From NCBI GenBank assembly GCA_044345405.1, contig JBIJBE010000001.1:1-64000 (forward strand): DNA of 64,000 bases, given 5' to 3'. The stretch comes from Bdellovibrionota bacterium. Lineage in GTDB: Bacteria; Bdellovibrionota_C; UBA2361; OMII01. Of the stretch, positions 59,941 to 64,000 are shown piece after piece. Made by a program: the position numbers and the translations under genes. How positions within the stretch are numbered: the first letter of the stretch is position 1; each line of letters begins with the position of its first letter. Under the pieces are notes generated by a model. It saw only the letters and a program-made list of their open reading frames with translations. It was not told where the DNA came from and searched no databases.

Positions 59941-61003
59941 GTGAGCCTCCAACCACTTTACCAATCGTTGATGTCACCGGCGCAGGGAGCGCTTGCAGGA
60001 TAGCGTCGATATCGAAGCCACGCGCGCGACTCGCTTTTGCCGAGAAACTTTTCCCTGAAAAATTCTGAAGCCGAATGACGAAGGGTTTTACCTGATCATT
60101 AAGGTGATTTGCCAGCGTTCGTATCTTATTTTGAAAGAACGCTGTCATCATGTTGTCGAGGGCCACGAGGATATCACCGTTTGGTAAGCGAACAAGGGGA
60201 AAGTGCGGCGGAAGAGCTTGCTGGATCAATCGAACGAACTGCTCGCTTTGATGCACCGCGGCTGTTATTCCATGAGCAGCCTCAAGGTCAGCGAAGGAGT
60301 CGATCCAGATCCGTACCATTTCGATCGAATCGTGCCCGATTGCCTCGCTCAGTTGGGTTGTTTTAGTGAGGAAGCTATCCCAGGAGTTCTCCGTTGAGGT
60401 CGTTTCCTTCTTGAAGAGGGTCCAGAAGAGGAGGCGCGAGATGAGGGTCGCCAGCTCCTCAAGGTGCTTCATCTGGGGTTTAGTGAAGGAGAAGGCCTTG
60501 CGGCTGTCGCACATGAGCACGCCGCTAAAGGTGCGAGCGTTTGGGTTCTCGGTCGGCATGGGGATGGGAACCGCTACGAGGCTCTTGAGGGGCTCCGTTT
60601 CGGTGTAGATGCCGAGAACTGAGCTGTCCATATCGAAGGGCGCTACGTGAATGGAGCGGGAGTTCTCAGCCACCCAACCGATGAGCCCGTTCCCCACCTG
60701 GATGCGACAGTCGCGAACGAGGCAGGAAGACGCTGAATGGGTCGCGACCATCTCAACGCTCCCGACCGCTAGGTCCGGTCCGAGATGAAAGACCTTTTTT
60801 AGCTCGATGGTGTCACTCTGGCCGGTTTGATGATGGGAGGCATGAGTGGGAGAGGGATATGATGCGCTCTCCGAGGGGCGTTGAGGAGTCGAAGAGGTGA
60901 GGAGTCCCGTCGGTAGAAAAACCGTGCAGGTGTGAGCGTCGCTAACGTTTGCCGCCAACTTGGCGAGTTTTTTGAGGTCTTCCCGAATCTGGCCGATCGA
61001 CAT
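59933..61003 (-). CDS. GAF domain protein with degenerate GGDEF-like C-terminus
   Basis: G.GLIGWVAEN, KSLVAVPI, GVLMCDS and FT...L.EL GAF pattern. C-terminal SFADL...HG...RLPNGD is GGDEF-like but lacks the motif. Confidence 0.75.
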   Translation of the reverse strand: MSIGQIREDLKKLAKLAANVSDAHTCTVFLPTGLLTSSTPQRPSESASYPSPTHASHHQTGQSDTIELKKVFHLGPDLAVGSVEMVATHSASSCLVRDCRIQVGNGLIGWVAENSRSIHVAPFDMDSSVLGIYTETEPLKSLVAVPIPMPTENPNARTFSGVLMCDSRKAFSFTKPQMKHLEELATLISRLLFWTLFKKETTSTENSWDSFLTKTTQLSEAIGHDSIEMVRIWIDSFADLEAAHGITAAVHQSEQFVRLIQQALPPHFPLVRLPNGDILVALDNMMTAFFQNKIRTLANHLNDQVKPFVIRLQNFSGKSFSAKASRARGFDIDAILQALPAPVTSTIGKVVGGSRA

Positions 61004-61277
61004 GAACTTAAAACAACTAACAAAAATCTGGACCTTACCGCGAGCGATGCCTGGGTACACGAATCCCGTCACCGCAAAACGTCACGTTTTCCGGTCAGCC
61101 CCTCCCTGTTTTCGCTTTCGCTCGAAGCTTGAAAAGGGACAGCTGTGATTCAGACTGATTGTTACTTTAAGCAAACTAAACTTACCAGAAGGTCAGGAGA
61201 ACTTCAACCGGTAATCGCTGAACTTTGGGATGGAATGGGGAAAAAGGCGCGGGGTCCTATGTGAGCGTCTGCAAGCG

Positions 61278-61392
61278 GGAGGGCGACCGTCCTCCCGCGA
61301 CGTTACTCGGAATAGGCCGGTCGCCGGAATGGCACACATCGCGAACGATGATTGCCCAGCGCAACACGGCGGTCCAGGACGACCGCCGCTCC
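61278..61392. repeat. REPIN-like element C with 24-nt insertion in left hairpin loop
   Basis: GGAG GGCGACCG-TCCT-[24 nt]-CGGTCGCC, a 42-nt spacer homologous to A/B, then GGCGGTC-CAGGAC-GACCGCC G CTCC. Confidence 0.8.
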
Positions 61393-61410
61393 CATGTGCA
61401 TGACCTGCGG

Positions 61411-63045
61411 CTACCTCTCCGACGCCGCGCGGCGAGGGCCTTGGCTCTCGCTCGACTTGCGTGGGGATCTGGCGTTGCTCGGCGCGGGCGCAGTCGGTGC
61501 GGATGCAGGACGAGGTTCGGGTTGACGCGCGGTTTCCACCGTCGCTCCGTCCGCCCCTTGCTTCTTCGTATCTCGAACGCCTTCCATTTCGAATTCATAC
61601 TCGTCCGGTCTGAGTCGACCGTCTGGTAGGATGAGGACCTGAACGCCGTGCTCCTTCTCAAGATCCGCGATGAATCCTCTCTTGTTATTCAAAAGGAAGA
61701 ACGCAGGAACGGAGGGCAGGCGGGCCTTTACCTTTGCCACATGCCCCACGACTACCGCGGCCTGAATCTTTCGGAGTGCCTCAAGGGCCACAAGCTCAGG
61801 GTTTTTGATATCTCCGGTGCCGTGACAGTGTTCACACCTGATATGAGCGTGACTCGTCAAGGATGCTCGCAAACGCTGCCGGGACATCTCAAGGAGCCCA
61901 AACTTTGAAAGCCTTCCAAGCTCGATTCGAGCCTTGTCGGTCGCGACCGCGTCTTGAAGCCGTCGCTCAACCGCGTTGCGATGTCGCTTGTCGATCATGT
62001 CGATGAAGTCGATAACGATCAGTCCGCCGAGATCCCGCAGTCGGAGCTGTCGGGCAACCTCTTCAGCGGCCTCAAGGTTCGTCTTATAGGCGGTTTCTTC
62101 GATGTTGGATGTGTCGGTCGCTTTTCCTGAGTTCACGTCGATCGCTACGAGCGCCTCGAGTTGCTCGATGACAATTGATCCACCGCTCTTGAGCTTGACC
62201 TCGCGAGCAAGTGTGTCGTGAACCTGCTGATCGATTCCGTGGTGGGCGAAGATCGGTTGATTCTCCTCGTAGAGGCGAACACGGGATCGATAGCGCGGCA
62301 TCACCTGACCAACGAACTCCTTTACCGTCTGATAGGTCTCGGGATCGTCGATGATTATCTCGCGCACATCTGGTGTGAAGTAGTCCCGGATAACTCGGGT
62401 AGCGAGATCGTTGTCTTTATAGAGAAGGCATGGCGCCCCAGCGCTCTGATTCGCGACGAGGATGCTCTCCCATAATTTCAGTTGCAGCGACAGGTCGCGC
62501 GAGAGTTCGCTCTGCGAGCGATCGAGACCGGCGGTTCGGATAATCATCCCGATACCCGCTGGAACCTCGAGCTCTCGGCTCAAGCGACGAAGGCGAACAC
62601 GTTGGTCGCTGTCGCTGATCTTACGGGAGATCCCTCCGCGATCACTACCGGGCATAATAACGAGGTAGCGGCCTGGAAGTGAGAGGTAGGTAGTCAGGGT
62701 CGCGCCCTTCATGTCGCGCTCTTCCTTCACGACCTGAACGACGAGCTCTTGGCCGGGTTCAAGTACATCCTGAATGCGAACTTTTCCGGATCGTGGGGGA
62801 GGGTTCTTAAAGCACGATGGGTGCACGTCGTTGATTTGAAGGAACCCGTTCCGATGAGTTCCGATATCAACGAACGCCGCTTGAAGGCTCGGTTCTATTC
62901 GCGAAATGCGTCCGCGGTATACGTTGCCCTTCGCTTTCTTTCCGATATTTGATTCGATTTCGAGTTCAGCTAACGCCGAACCTTCCACAATCGCGATGCG
63001 GCACTCTTCCTGATGTACCGCGTTGATTATCATTCTCTGATCCAT
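61411..63045 (-). CDS. rne: Ribonuclease E/G family
   Basis: INA...EE.RIA, IEPSLQAAFVD, KGATLTT, IDVNSG, QLRLRDLGGLIVIDFIDM, CEHC. Short C-terminal tail. Confidence 0.95.
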   Translation of the reverse strand: MDQRMIINAVHQEECRIAIVEGSALAELEIESNIGKKAKGNVYRGRISRIEPSLQAAFVDIGTHRNGFLQINDVHPSCFKNPPPRSGKVRIQDVLEPGQELVVQVVKEERDMKGATLTTYLSLPGRYLVIMPGSDRGGISRKISDSDQRVRLRRLSRELEVPAGIGMIIRTAGLDRSQSELSRDLSLQLKLWESILVANQSAGAPCLLYKDNDLATRVIRDYFTPDVREIIIDDPETYQTVKEFVGQVMPRYRSRVRLYEENQPIFAHHGIDQQVHDTLAREVKLKSGGSIVIEQLEALVAIDVNSGKATDTSNIEETAYKTNLEAAEEVARQLRLRDLGGLIVIDFIDMIDKRHRNAVERRLQDAVATDKARIELGRLSKFGLLEMSRQRLRASLTSHAHIRCEHCHGTGDIKNPELVALEALRKIQAAVVVGHVAKVKARLPSVPAFFLLNNKRGFIADLEKEHGVQVLILPDGRLRPDEYEFEMEGVRDTKKQGADGATVETARQPEPRPASAPTAPAPSNARSPRKSSESQGPRRAASER

Positions 63046-63380
63046 GATCTACCTCCCGATGAGGAGGTGCTTGAAGAGAGAGAGTATGTGCGCAACGCAG
63101 GCACCCAGCGGACACGGGTCGCGCTCGTAACACGTCTTCACGTGTATATCGCTGAGTATCGTATGGGTAATTAAATCTACTCACAGGAACGCTCGCCGAA
63201 CATTGTCGTGATGTCGGCCTCCATCTCTGTACTACCTCAAGGCTTCTTGCGTGGCCGGGAGGTAGCGTGCTCAAAGCACCATCCTAAACTTGTTTAAAAT
63301 CTGTTGGCCAGTTTCCCTAGCCCTTCAGTTGTTTACCACATAAGGGTGGTAAGGGGTACCTTTTACTTCAGAACGGGACT

Positions 63381-63746
63381 TTAGGAATTCTCCAGCAGGT
63401 TTTGAATTCCTTTTACTAAGTCCTTGGTTTTGCAGGGTTTTGTTACTACCAGGTCGCATCCTGCCTCTCGGGCGTCCTGATGAACACTCGGATCATCGAG
63501 GGCGGTGAAGGCCACAATCGGTACCTGAATCCCCTTGCTTCGAATCTGTCGAATCGCCTCTTGACCACTCATATGGGGCATCATGAGGTCGATAAGAATG
63601 AGGTCTGGATTTGCTTCTTGAACGCCGGCGACGGCGGATTGTCCGTTGGTAGCGCGAACGACATCGTATCCAGCACCCTCAAGAACGAGGTCTACGATAT
63701 CGAGCGATGTTACGTCGTCATCTACCACTAGTATTTTGTTGCTCAC
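63381..63746 (-). CDS. Single-domain response regulator (CheY/DivK-like)
   Basis: KILVVDDD, DLILIDLMMP, FTA, TKP. Confidence 0.93.
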   Translation of the reverse strand: MSNKILVVDDDVTSLDIVDLVLEGAGYDVVRATNGQSAVAGVQEANPDLILIDLMMPHMSGQEAIRQIRSKGIQVPIVAFTALDDPSVHQDAREAGCDLVVTKPCKTKDLVKGIQNLLENS

Positions 63747-63930
63747 GATTAATCCTTGGAAAATTAATCACTTAAAATTGAATTGTCAGCACTGCCGGGC
63801 AGTGGTCTCTCATAAGGTGGCAGGGGGTCGGGGAACTCTCTCGCTCTTTAGGAACGTCGAGCGGTCGATCTGCGAACCCTGTCATAGGTGTTGATGAGCA
63901 AAGTGGTTCCAGGGATCCAAGTATATCTTC

Positions 63931-63957
63931 CTATCGGGACTCTCCCCGGGTGTTTGA
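63931..63957 (-). promoter_or_regulatory. Sigma-28-like promoter upstream of response regulator
   Basis: Minus strand reads TCAA-N15-CCCGATAG. Confidence 0.45.
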
Positions 63958-64000
63958 AACGACGTTTTGCGTTAAGGGTGCGAAATCTTTGCTTTCTTTG

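Overview
Bacterial chromosomal window of moderately high GC. Gene content (orphan fliL, several sigma-28-like promoters, split methylmalonyl-CoA mutase, mla/pqi transporter, many lineage-specific secreted proteins) suggests a Bdellovibrionota/delta-proteobacterium-like organism; this is inference. Most of it is housekeeping: dnaJ-class/clpB, thrABC, tRNA-Pro, fadJ, cysQ, pccB/BCCP/mutase, dksA, suhB, ispE-tRNA-Gln-prs, rplY-pth-rpsF-rplI, comEC, an mreB paralog and rne/rng. Four things stand out. (1) The 3' end of a probable HUH/Y1 (RAYT-like) transposase at the left edge is followed by a nested direct-repeat array (three 88-bp cores built on a recurring GAGTGTTCCAG-like motif) and then a WYL regulator. 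(2) Three dispersed, mutually homologous ~90-115 bp REPIN-like elements (GGAG-headed hairpin doublets with compensatory stem changes and a conserved spacer) lie at 24.2, 45.5 and 61.3 kb. (3) A set of sigma-28-like promoters precedes mostly non-flagellar genes. (4) A Cys-less ArsR regulator with a SqrR-type ATTC-N8-GAAT operator heads a type I secretion-like operon whose ATPase lacks the catalytic glutamate. All calls come from reading motifs by eye; no database searches were run.
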